A stretch of 64,000 nt of DNA from Basidiobolus meristosporus CBS 931.73 (Eukaryota; Fungi; Basidiobolomycota): the NCBI GenBank assembly GCA_002104905.1, contig MCFE01000455.1, positions 8,575 through 72,574 of the forward strand, given 5' to 3'. Under the pieces are notes generated by a model. That model did no database searches. It had not been told where the DNA came from and saw only the letters and a program-made list of their open reading frames with translations. Positions 10,353 through 21,753 of the stretch are shown here, in pieces. The position numbers were made by a program, and so were the translations under genes. Each line of letters starts with the position of its first letter. Position 1 is the stretch's first letter.

Positions 10353-12430
10353 ATGCCACCAAAAAATAAAGCAAAGTTGTCTGGTTCTCAACCAAGCCCC
10401 ACAGCTAATGGCAACAGAAGAGCAGTTGGACAACAGCTTGCTTTGACATTCAGTGCAACAAGCAGGGCTACATCCAAAAAAGGCCCTGTGGACAGTGTGC
10501 CCATTGAAGGTAATAATGCGGACTCCTCAGGCTCTCAGTCAAGTAGGCAATTGAGAACCTCTGCAGAGCCACAAGCTGACTGTTATGCTCAGGCAGATGA
10601 GAATGTAGCAAATGCAGTACCATCTGTTGAAGATCAGCAAGTGGCCATGATAACATCACCACCACCCATATTAGCAAGTATGTTGTCAGCTCCTACCAAA
10701 GCATTAATGAAACAATTAGGTGCAGTGGCTGATAGGATAGATGCAATGGCCCAGAGAAATCAGGACATAGTCCAGAAACAGGATGAGCGGATCATACGTG
10801 TAGAGCAATCAATATCCCAGGTAGAGAAAGCAGTATCTTTGCTGCAAAGAAGGAACTCAAGTAGCTCAATGTCACAGCCAAGAATTGAGCCATTTCCTGA
10901 TGTAACAGCAGAGGAACACTGTACAGTCTTTGAAGCACAACAACAGTGCCCAAAGATAAAGCCCACAGAAAACCTATTACAGCATGGGAGGGAGACAATG
11001 TGATATTTATACCAAATCCTAAAAATCAAAAGACATTGAAGATCCGTGAAGCCATTGAGTGCAATAATGAAGAGTGGGCTAATATACAAGAGGCTGTCAG
11101 AAGTCTAGCACACCATCACCTTAAGGCCGGCATACCGTGGGACCATCAGGAACTCAAGGTCAAGCAGAATGCACTTGACTTGTTCCATGAGCATTATCCT
11201 GGATTCAAACAGGCAAACAGATTTTGGGCCAGCATTGGTATGCTAAGAAAGTATCTTAAGAATTGCAGAAACTATCAAAGGCAGAAGAACAAGGGTGCCA
11301 TGGCTAAAAACCAGCGGCTTCCTCAAGAGCCTGTTACAAGCAGGGCCAAAAGCTCCAGACAAGTGTCAAAGAGACGTCAGGCAGCTGGAAAAGTGCCAAT
11401 TAAGGACAAGCAGGCAGACATGGATGCACCAGCACAACATTTATCAAGGAAAATGCGTAGTACCACTCAAGAAGCACCCAGTCAAAGTAGCAGTGAAGGA
11501 CCTGGCAGTGATAAAAACCAGCCACGTTTACAGGAGCCAGTCACAACTACAGTTGAGAGCTCAAAACAAGCTGAAATGAAACGTCAGGTTGCCAGAAGAA
11601 TGCCAGCAAGGGACAAGCAGGCCAAAACAGATGTGCCAGAGCAGAATCTATCCAGGAGAAAACGTAGTTCTTTACAAGAAGCCCTCAGACAAAGTAGCAG
11701 TGAAAGACCTGGCAGTGATAAAGGAAAAGGTAAAGGGAAAAATGTCTAGCCAAGCCTGAGACAGGGAGGCATGCAAGAAAAACTGCAGTTCTTGCCAATT
11801 AACGCCGCAAGCCAGGAACAGACGGAATCCCATCATAGACAAGAAGAATTACCAACAAGAAAACAGCTTTTTTCATAAGAGTTGGAAGCGCAGCCAGTTG
11901 AGCTACACTCCAGCAAGGTAGATGAGTTTGCTGAAAAAGGTAATTTGTCTACCACAGCCTCCACAGCCTCCAGAGCCTCCATTGTTGACAGAGTGGAGAT
12001 CCCACTGACAGACAAGGCTACCATGTCAAGAGCTCAAAAGACTATCACAATGCCTTCAGTGGAATTTTGGAACATAAATAGGCACACTAAGAGGTTGCAG
12101 CACTTCTTTAAGAGCAGTGCTCAAGAAAACACACTGGAATATTGCATGGGTTTATTGAAAAGACTGGCAGATGAGGAGCTAGACCTTGCAGTGTCAGCTG
12201 AAGACCAGGACGTGTGGGAACCAGTGAATGAACAGCGGCATAAAGCCGTTGGGTTCCCGCCAAAGTCATGGAACCAGAGCGTTACAGCAGAAATACTTAT
12301 TGAGTAGTGAATTTTAATGGAGTTACTTGTTGAGTGGGGGGTTGGGCTTAATGTTAGTGTAGGGTATAGAGACTTGTATAGGTCAATACAATTAGCAGTT
12401 GAGGTACAATGGAAGTTTCAACAGAAATAA
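10353..12430 (+). pseudogene. CACTA ORF2 (TnpA-like accessory protein of unknown fold)
   Basis: ORFs 10353-11003, 10946-11749 and 11882-12307 join via one frameshift, a possible small intron (~11730-11788) and CAA>TAA / TGG>TAG stops that are open in the copy at 38370-39690. Includes a coiled-coil and a W/F-rich block (WANIQEAVRSLAHHHL...WDHQELKVK...YPGF...WASIGMLRKYL). Confidence 0.7.
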
Positions 12431-12879
12431 ATCAATTTGTATGCATGAAAAGTAAGAGAAACGGCTGAGTCAGGAAGTAAGGAGTGTGAAAAAGAGGCAA
12501 TAGCCAATCAATTCACACAAATGTAGGAGGTGATAGAGTGTCTGGGATCAGAAAGTGAGCAAGGAACCAATCTAAAGCCACTTATAGATTGTTGTGATGA
12601 AAAATTTTGACAAAGTTTTTTGTGAAATCTGAGGTGCAATTATTTTTCAACAGTCTCTGGGCGGAGTCCTGACAAGATCAGTACCTCTCAGTCACAGGAC
12701 ATTAACTTTGTGATGGCCTTTTGACGGGATCATCTCAATAATTTTTCATAGGGCTAATGCTTATGGAGCAGGTTAAGTGTACTTAGCATTGCTTTGAGTT
12801 CCTGATAGCTCCATTGTATGGCAGCCTTGAGGTGATACAATGCTAGACTTCCTATGGCATCTTGAATATTAATCAACTC

Positions 12880-13707
12880 TTGATCATTGAACTCAACAGC
12901 TTTGTGGATATTCAATGTCTTCAAACTTTAGGCTTGCGTATATATATCACAGTTTTTCCATCCTATTCAGTGATAGAGTTTTCTGTGGGCTATATCTTTA
13001 GGCACTGCTGTTATGCTTCAAAGACCATAGGGTATTCCTCTGCTGTTACATTTGGAAACAGCTTAATTCTTGGCAATGACATTGAGCTACTTGACTTCAT
13101 TCTTTGCAGCCTCAATACTGCATTTGCTGCCTGGGATACTGATTGCTCAATATGCATTATTTGCTCATTGTGTTGCTGAGCTATATCCTCACTTTTCTGG
13201 GTAATTGCATATATACTATCAGCATAGCACCTAATTGCCTTATTAATAGTGTGGTATGAGCTGACAACATACTTGCCAATACTGGTGGGGGTGATATTGT
13301 GATGGTCACTTGCTGGTCTTCCAATGGATGTGCTGCTTTACTACATTCTCATCTGCAGGAGCATTATGGCCAGCTTGCAGCTCTGCAGTGATTCTGAGCT
13401 GCCTACTTTACTGAGAGCTTGAGGAATCATGGCAAGTGTTTTGACACACAAGTCATATTTGTCCATTCACCAGTCACTGCTATACCAGCCATATATTGCT
13501 GGCCACTAAGTACCTCTATATCAGCACCTGGCCATACTTGTCACCGTATGCTAGCAGAGTCAGGAGAGTTTGCAACACCTTTGGGCTCACCCCAGTCTTC
13601 TGAATATGGCATGCAGAGTTAAAGCTCTCAAGAAGTAGGCTCAACAATGGATTGTGAGAGTATCTTCCACAACAACAGTACCCTGCATGAGCCTGGCAAG
13701 TTCCTGT
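12880..13707. mobile_element. Inverted, deleted CACTA fragment; host of the gypsy insertion, continuing at 18349-18396
   Basis: Reverse complement of the ORF2 5' region (~10500-11070) joined to the transposase 5' region (~9730-9970). The sequence resumes after the gypsy LTR. Confidence 0.75.
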
Positions 13708-16700
13708 TGTTACAAGTCTTAGTATAAGAGTTGTAGAGGAATAGGGAGTTTAGCTAGTATTGTATTCACTAAAATTTGAACTGATTTTTATTGATGTTCC
13801 AGCAGCTCCTTATATACATTTTGCCAGATCAATTGCTGACTAATTGCATTTCCTAATGTAGGTTGTGGCTGATGACTCATTTGATTGCATCATCATCTCC
13901 CAACAAGATCCTACTTAATATATCTATTTCTGTCTGATAAGGATCTGCTGATTCATTTGCTGACTAATGCTACTGATTTCATAGATAATATCAATATACT
14001 GATAACCTAAACATTTACTAATTGATTTGACTAAAAATTGATCTAACTTAAACATTCAAGCGGCAGATCATAACATTTTCCCTTACTAAAGTTGAGAGGG
14101 TTCTCCTGAATCTCTTTTCTTGTGATACCAATATCTTGATGGTTCAGTATTATCAGCAAGTCTTGCAAGCTTGAGTCTGTCTCTATGCACTAAGTCTTCC
14201 CGGATATTGCCTTGCTTGTCCACCAGTTGGTAAGTTGCAAATGGACATTCTCTGATGATCTTGAATGGTCCTGTCCGTTGTGGCTCAAACTTCTTCCAAG
14301 TGTTGTTTCTTAGCAACGCAAAGTTCCCAACTGTCAATGCTTCTGGTGCTATAGTCTTATCAAATCTTTGTTTCATCTTTTCTGCACTTTGAGATACTTT
14401 GGTCTCTGCCTCTTGACATCCTTGTTCCAGTGGCTGGTGTCTACTTGGCTGACTGAGTTCATCTTCTAAGGTGTTTGTAAGCTTTGGTTGTGTGAGATCT
14501 CCTGAAATTCTTGGTTCACATCCATACACTAAGTAAAATGGTGACTGCTGGGTGGTGTTGTGTACTCTGACTCTGCATGCAAAGGGTGCTTGGTCTATAT
14601 ACTCATCCCATCTACAGACAACTCCATTTGCATACTTGGTCAGCATTTTTCCAAATAATCCATTAAACCGCTCAGTAACTCCATTAGTTCTGAGGTGATA
14701 TGCCAAGGTTTTCAGGTGTCTGATCTGCTGCATTTCCAGGTAAGCCTCTAATGTCTTTGCCATAAAGTTTGCTCCTCTATCAGATAAGATCTCCACTGGG
14801 CATCCAAACTTCATCAGGATCACATGGTAAATGAAACTTGCAACTTCTTGTTCACTGGCTATTGGTACAGCTTTAGCAACTTGCCATTTAGTGGCATGGT
14901 CAATTGCTACTAGGATCCAACAGTTGCATTTCCTGGTAGTTGGCAGTCTTCCAATAAAGTCAATTCCCCATCTCTCAAACAGTCTTACAGGCTCCAAAGG
15001 GAAGAGTTTGGCAATTCTTTGTGGCTGGCCTTGATTGATTTGGCAGTTTGGGCATGTTTTCACTAGCTTCTCAATATCTTGTTTCATTCTGGGCCACCAT
15101 GCTCTGGCTTTCACAAGCCTATAGGTTCCTTCAATCCCAAGATGTCCATATCCATTGTGTAGCCTATGTATTAAATCCAGGCAAGCAACATAAGGACAAT
15201 AGGCAATAGGGCTTCCATCAACAATTTGGTAGAGTGTTTAATCCTGTAAAACAAATTTGCTGGCTTCATCACGGATTATCTTCTGTCTTCAGGCAGTGTA
15301 TTATGGCAAGCATCTCCTTCTCATGCACAGGATAGTTGTGTTCTGCTGAGTTCAGTTTCTTGGATTCAAAGGCAACAGGGTAGTCCTTTCCCTTGTGTAC
15401 TTGGCTCAGCACTCCACCAATTGCATAATCTGAAGCATCTGTGCACAGAGTGAACTCTTTTCTGAAGTCTGGTATTCTTAAGCTTGGCAGCTTAGCAAGT
15501 TCATTCTTGAGCGTTTGGAAGGCAGTCTCACAAGCTATGTCCCACTTGTAGGTATTGTCTTTCTTGAGGATATCTGTCAAAGGGGCTGCAATACTTGTAA
15601 ACAACTTGACAAATCTCCAATAATAGGATGCCATTCCAAGGAATGATCTGAGCTCTGATATGCTATGGGGCTGTTTCAGATTCATGATTACTTCCACCTT
15701 CTTGGGGTCTAAGGTTACTCCTGTGCTAGTCACTATGTGTCCCAGATATTCAACGTGTTCCTTGAAGAATTCACTCTTGGCTAGCTTGCCATATAGCTTG
15801 TTCTCTCTTAGTTTCTTCAAGACCTTTTCAATGTGCACTATGTGATCCTCTTCTGTCTTGCTGTATATCAATATGTCATCCAGGTAGATTATTACAAACT
15901 TGTCTAAGTACTCCTGAAAGACAGTCTGCATCAGTGTCATGAATGTTGCAGGGGCATTAGTGAGGCCAAAACTCATGACTAAGTACTTGCAATGTCCATA
16001 TCTGGTCCTGAATGCTGTCTTAGGGATATCTTCTGGTTTCACCCTAATCTGGTTGTATCCTGACATGAAGTCAATCTTGCTGAAAATAGTGGCTCCATTA
16101 AGTTGGTCCAGAAGCTCATCAATCCAAGGTATGGGGTGCTTATTCTTGGCGGTAACTGAGTTCAGGGCTCTGTAGTCAATACACATCCTAAGTGTTCCAT
16201 CCTTCTTTTTCACAAAAAGCACTGGTGCTCCCCAGGGTGACTTGCTAGGCCTGATGTATCCTTGCTCCAATAGCTGATCAATTTGTCTCTTCATTTCCTC
16301 CAATTCCAAGGGACTCATTCTGTAAGGTGTCTTGCTTACTGGAGGGCCATCTCCTGTGTCAATGGCATGATCCACGTCTCTGACTGGTGGTAGGCTTACA
16401 AGCTCATCTGGAAACACGTCTGAATACTTCTTTAAGAGAGTCTGGACCTGCTGGGGTGCTGGGGTAGAGGAATCCCCCTGTAATATTGCCATGAGGAACA
16501 TCTGAGTACCTTTTCTAAGTGCTCTACAGAACTGGGTCTTGCTAAGTTCACTTGTCTCACACATACTGGAATTGACAAAGTTGAAATCCAGCCTGGCAGG
16601 CAATAGCTCATAGGTCTTGTTGTCCTTTGGATCTGAGTAGCATGGGTTCTCCAGTTGATTGATGGATTACGACAAAATAGCCAGGTTTTTCCAAGTACAA

Positions 16701-18348
16701 GGTCAAACTTGCAGTTCCCAAATATATAAGCCTGTAGGTCTTCTTCATAGTCATTGATCTTCATTCTTACTGGCTGAGTAATACGGTTGATTATGTGATA
16801 GTTCCCATCAGCTGTTGAGACTAAAGTTGATTTGGTAGGTTCTGAGTTGATTCCAGCTTTCAGAGCAAATTGCTCTGACATGTTCTTATGCGATGCTCCT
16901 GAGTCAATCATGATCCTGGCAGGCACTCCATTGATTACTCCATTCAAGTATAATAGCTTTCCTGAGTTTGAGGTCATCTGGGATAGGTATTCTTCTGTCA
17001 TGTGGAAGGTGAGTTCTCAGTCTTCTTCAAGTTCATCCTTCATGTTACTATGCTCCATGGCCTCAATGTGGTTGAAGGTTCTTGATGGCTGGTGTCCATT
17101 TCCTCACTGGGGGCAGTACTTTGCAATATGTCCTTGCTGGTGGCAATTGAAGCAAAGTCCTGCCTTCTTACACTCTTCCAAGGCAGGATTCTTCCGCATA
17201 GCGTCTATTTCCATTGGTACTGCTTCTGACTGTCTTCTTTCATAATGATTGTAACCTTTCTGATTAGTCACTGTAGGCTTCCCAACTCCAAACATAGCTG
17301 AGTCATAGTCAATGGCAATCTTGATAGCTTCTTCAATAGTCTGAGGTCTTCAATAGTTCACTTCCTTGCGAGTTCTTTCTTTTAACCCATCAATAAAGTA
17401 TTCAACTTGATCCAGGGGGTCCATTCTTTCAATTTGCCCAAGTAGACATCTGTACTCATAGATGTATTCTTGAACCATTCCTTTCTGTATGAGTGTCTTT
17501 AACTTCCTTCTTAGTAGTGTCTGCTGGTGTGGAGGTCCAAAAGCATCCTGAATTTCCGACACAAACTCATCCCAGGTAGAGATTGTAGAGTATCCCATCA
17601 TAGTGGCTGACCTGATCTTGTTGTGGTACCACTGTAAGGCTGCATCTGCCAGGTAAGAAGCTGTATAATGCAACTTGCTTTCTGGAGCAATTCCTTTAGC
17701 TTTAAAAGCTTCTTCAATCTGAAAGAGCCAAGTTCCCAGGTTTTCATTGACTCTGCCATGGTACTGGTTGACCTTCACACTAAAGTTGCTCTTAACAGGG
17801 CTTTGCTGGTTCTGAGCCATGGTAGTCATTCCTTGTTGCTGTTGGCTGAGGATCTGGAGTAACCGTTGCTGTTGGGCCAGGATTTGCTGCATGGCATTCT
17901 TCCATTCTTGATTGTCCAACATCTTGAGGGTGGTTTCTTCTTTCTTCAGGAGGGAGGTTTCTGGTTATTGCTGCTACCAATGTTACAAGTCTTAGTATAA
18001 GTGTTGTAGAGGAATAGTGAGTTTAGCTAGTATTGTATTCACTAAAACTTGAGCTGATTTTTATTGAGGTTCCAGCAGTTCCTTATATACATTTTGCCAG
18101 ATCAATTGCTGACTAATTGTATTTCCTAATGTAGGTTGTGGCTGATGACTCATTTGATTGCATCATCATCACCCAACAAGATCCTACTTAATATATCTAT
18201 TTCTGTCTGTTAAGGATCTGCTGATTCATTTGCTGACTAATGCTACTGATTTCATAGATAATACTGATATACTAATAACCAAAACATATGCTAATTGATT
18301 TGACTGAAAATTGATCTAACTTAAACATTCAAGCGGCAGATCATAACA
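13708..18348 (-). mobile_element. Ty3/gypsy LTR retrotransposon (non-chromovirus), 4641 bp, defective
   Basis: 368-bp LTRs at 13708-14075 and 17981-18348 (TG...CA, roughly 95% identical by eye). PBS TGGTAGCAG (17971-17979) and a purine tract before the 3' LTR. 4-bp TSD CTGT/CTAT. Domain order gag-PR-RT-RH-IN. Confidence 0.93.
14086..17922 (-). pseudogene. gypsy gag-pol polyprotein, interrupted
   Basis: Gag (WLFQIEE), zinc knuckle CFNCHQQGHIAKYC, protease MIDSGAS, RT ([15 protein letters not shown]), RNase H start [11 protein letters not shown], integrase (HNGYGHLG, CPNC, WGIDFIG, GPF). In-frame TGA stops at ~17350, ~17104 and ~17017, a 1-bp deletion at ~16627 and an RNase H deletion at 15284/15285. 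Confidence 0.92.
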
Positions 18349-18396
18349 CTATTAAGCAATGTGACAACACTTGTAGAAAAAAATGCAAAGAATGCT

Positions 18397-18880
18397 AGAC
18401 TTGTTCTGTTGGATTGTGCCACATTGCACCATGAGTGCCAAATGATGTCCTAGTAAGCCAGGGAGGCCAAGTGAGCCTATACTTGGCCACAGAGTGAGAA
18501 ATGTACATCTTCATTTTTATGAAAAGCAGCCCCTGTTTCCACCTAGTGCACTGGAGAAAATCCATTTTTTAACCTTGTTTTTAGATTGATGTTGTGCATG
18601 ATATGTAAGAGCACAAAAGGATTGAATACATTCACCTGGTACTCAGTACCCATAGCACTCTTAATCTAGCTTCTGTAGGTTGTATCATGTCACAAACATG
18701 CATGTTACTATCTTGATCCACTGGTACTAACTGGCACTATAAGTGCTTTGTATAGGTCTTACTTTAGGGCTAATATTAATATATAGTGCCTGATAGTACA
18801 AGCAACTCAAGATAGTGCCATGCATTTCTGTGAGATGATATAAGCTACAGGAGCTTGACTCAGGGTGCCATAGGTATATG
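18397..18880. mobile_element. Pangu-derived fold-back MITE (left arm, spacer and start of the inverted arm)
   Basis: Starts AGACTTGTTCTG. ~18645-18745 and ~18781-18880 are inverted repeats. Homologous to 29482-29973, 37186-37553 and 28810-29102. Confidence 0.75.
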
Positions 18881-19079
18881 ACTCAAAGACTCTCCTGATA
18901 CCAGCATCTAAGACTCTCCTGGTACCAGCATGTGTTAACAGTTGAATGGCATTCACATACAAAGAGTTCCTTCTTTGCAGCAAATATATTGCTTTCTCTA
19001 CCTGGGATATTGATTGCTCCACATGTATTATTCACTCATCCTGTTTCTGGAATATTTCATGATTTCTCTGGGCCACTTC

Positions 19080-19935
19080 TGTTGTAAGAGTCTTGGAGAT
19101 ATTGGAAGTGATTGGGAGAACAAGTAGATTATGTGGTTTTCACTTAATGATTTATTGAATGTAAAAGTAGTATTTATACTTTTACCTGGTCTTGGCATTA
19201 CAAACACATAGAATAGGTTAAGGAAGGTCCCAAGAGCATGTGTGCAAAGTTTGGGGCTGTTTGGACAACTTTGAGAATTTTCATGTTCTGGGTACCTGGT
19301 ATTTTGGTGAAAATATTCTGAGGAAATCCAAACAAGGAATTTGGTCAGTATTCTCTAGGATTTGAAGGTGATGATCTAAGTGACTAAGTTAGGTGAATAT
19401 TTAGGTGGAATTACAAATTTTTACAACACTCCCACTCAGCTAAATGTTCATACTGACTAGTCCTAATTTTGACCTAAGATATTCAAACTTGTCACTAGCT
19501 AATGGTTTGGTAAATATGTCTGCAATCATTTCATCTGTAGGACAGTAAACTAAGCTAACTAAGTTATTCTCTATAGCTTCACGTATGAGATGATGTCTAA
19601 TATCTATGTGCTTGGTTCTAGCATGAAAAGTTGGATTTCTACCTAATTGTATACATCCTTGATTATTTTGAAATAAAGTAATAGGCATTTTTTGACATAG
19701 GCCTAAATCTGTAAAGAGTTTTCTCAACCACATTGCTTCTTTTGTAGCTTCACAGGCTGCCATATACTCTGCCTCTGTAGTAGAAAGTGCTACTGTTGGT
19801 TGCTTTCTTATATTCCATGAAATTGCTCCTTTACAGTAAAGAAAGGTGTATCCTGTGGTGTATCTTCTGTCTTCCAAATTTTGTCCCTAATCAGCATCAG
19901 AGTATCCCACAAGGTCCTGTTCTGAATCCTTATAA
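19080..19935 (-). mobile_element. Copia family 1: 3' LTR (19080-19428) plus RNase H end
   Basis: Near-identical to 53141-53995, with the PPT complement ctcccactca and the RNase H ORF 19440-19877 (TVALSTTEAEY, KHIDIRHH). Confidence 0.9.
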
Positions 19936-19989
19936 ATGTACCAAAAGACTGACAAAACAGCATCCAGTTTTTAACTCATGATACTTATT

Positions 19990-20200
19990 AGACTTGTTTC
20001 ACTGTGCTATTGATCATAGTGCCAGAAAGAGCTGAATATCTTGATATTAATTTGATATTTTAGGGTCAAATACATGTCAATTTTGATCCCAAATTGGCAA
20101 TGTATGGCACCATCTGGCACTCTGTGGCATGGTCAGGCACCATCTGGCATGCTATGGCACTATTGGGCACTATGATCAGCTGGAATGATGGAATAAGTCT
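19990..20200. mobile_element. 211-bp Pangu-family MITE
   Basis: AGACTTGTTTC ... GGAATAAGTCT ends, a perfect ATT/ATT TSD, and tandem GGCAC(C/T)AT motifs inside. Confidence 0.85.
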
Positions 20201-21753
20201 ATTGCTTTGATGCATAGGACCTATTTGTTGAAATTCCCTGAAACTGTTACAGGTTGCTCCTGGATGTTAGGGTACCCTTCTTACTTAGTGTTATAGCAGT
20301 ATGACTTCTACAAAGGTATATATGCTGAGCCTTTTTATGAACAAAAACCAGTTCAGCTATTATCACTATTTCTTGAGAAGCTCCTTATTTCCAAATCACT
20401 TCTTAAATTGCAACAATTGCATCTCAACAATCATCAAATATAGTGACTTTGATCACTGCCTACATATCTTAGAGAATACTAATCACATTACTTCTTTAGA
20501 TTACCTTCAAGTTTTTTCATTAAAGCACCAGGTAGCCGGCATATGTGGGTTTTCAGTGTAGTCTAAATAGCTCCAAAGCTTGAATGGAAACTTCAGAGAT
20601 CATTTTTAGCAAAAACCTAAGTTGACATATCAATGAGAGCAAATGGTAGCCAATGCCTACTGAGCCCATGTATAGAAGCTGCAGAGAGTGAAAGAAATGC
20701 CAACTGGCCTGCAGTTAAAACCTACTGAGAGCTGCCACTAGCCCTAGCCCTAGGCCAGTACTTATTTAAATTACCACATTTTGTGGCTAACCATTGGTCT
20801 GCTGCATCTCTCCAGCAGACTATGGCACTATTTGGCACTAATAGCTCAGTGCAACACTATCCAATGGAGTCAATATGATGCACACTGTCTAGATATTGGT
20901 TCAGAAGGCTACCTAATCAAAGTGAATACAGTACATCTAGTTCTTGTATTTGCATTGATGTGAAGCTGTTTAGCCAATGGACCAGACTACTTGGTTTCAG
21001 TTTAGTAAAAGAAGAGAAAAAGGACCATTTGGTTATTGTAGCAAGCCTCTCACCCATGATGCATACAGACAGCATAGGAAGTATTAAACAGATCATGGCA
21101 AAGTTGAGCCACACAAGTCATGATAATGCAACTATTAGTCATATCTGTACCAACAATATCCTTCTATATACTTAGTTCTTGATAAAAGAACCTAGCTGCA
21201 ATTTTTACCTTACACAAACTGAGGCATCTGAGTATGTGATGCCTATTGTTACTCCTCATACTTCTTAATGCTGCTTGCAGAGTGATAGCTCCAAAGATCA
21301 GTGCACATCAAGGGATTGTGAGCCATCACCTATAACTTCAGCATATTAAACAAGCACCAAAGGAGTCACTGAATGGTTAAAAGAATCATTTGGAAAAATG
21401 GCAACACAGTATGAAAGTAGAGCTAAAGGTAGATAGGACAAGTATGTTGATCTAGTACCTTTTGCCTGCAGAGTAAGTGTGCACAACACTACCCAACAAA
21501 TGACATTTTACTGGGTGTATAGATGTTAATCAGGGACTTCAGGAGATCTCACACAACCAAAACACACCAACTACTAGTTGGATAAAGTCAGTTAGCCTAG
21601 TAGACACTAACAATGAAACAAAAATGTCCGGAGATGCAGGTTAAAATCTCCCTATGTGCAGAAAGGATGAAGCACAGATTTGATGAGACCATATAATAAA
21701 GGCTCTGATAGTTGGGAACATTATACTTCCACAAAACACTGCTTGGAAGTAGT

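Larger units (their letters stand above)
6963..12753 (-). mobile_element. CACTA/EnSpm (CMC) DNA transposon, ~5.8 kb, near full length but degenerate, with divergent transposase and ORF2
   Basis: Left end CCATATCAAAAATAATT and right end (reverse complement) CCCTATGAAAAATTATT, with GATCCCGTCAA-like subterminal motifs. The same terminus recurs at 34110, 40023 and ~52335. Tnp2 motifs lie inside. No matching TSD found. Confidence 0.8.

Noticed and set aside
6963-12753. CACTA element as a clean insertion into the Pangu copy at 5986-6962
   Set aside because: The Pangu sequence does not resume after 12753 and no TSD is visible, so a later rearrangement or a chimera of two CACTA copies cannot be excluded.
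19982-19989. Identical TACTTATT flank at two Pangu-family insertions (19990 and 41472) as an extended target consensus
   Set aside because: Other insertions (caaaacACT, aaatcATT, taaaaaAAT, ggtAAT) share only ANT; two of six is not enough.
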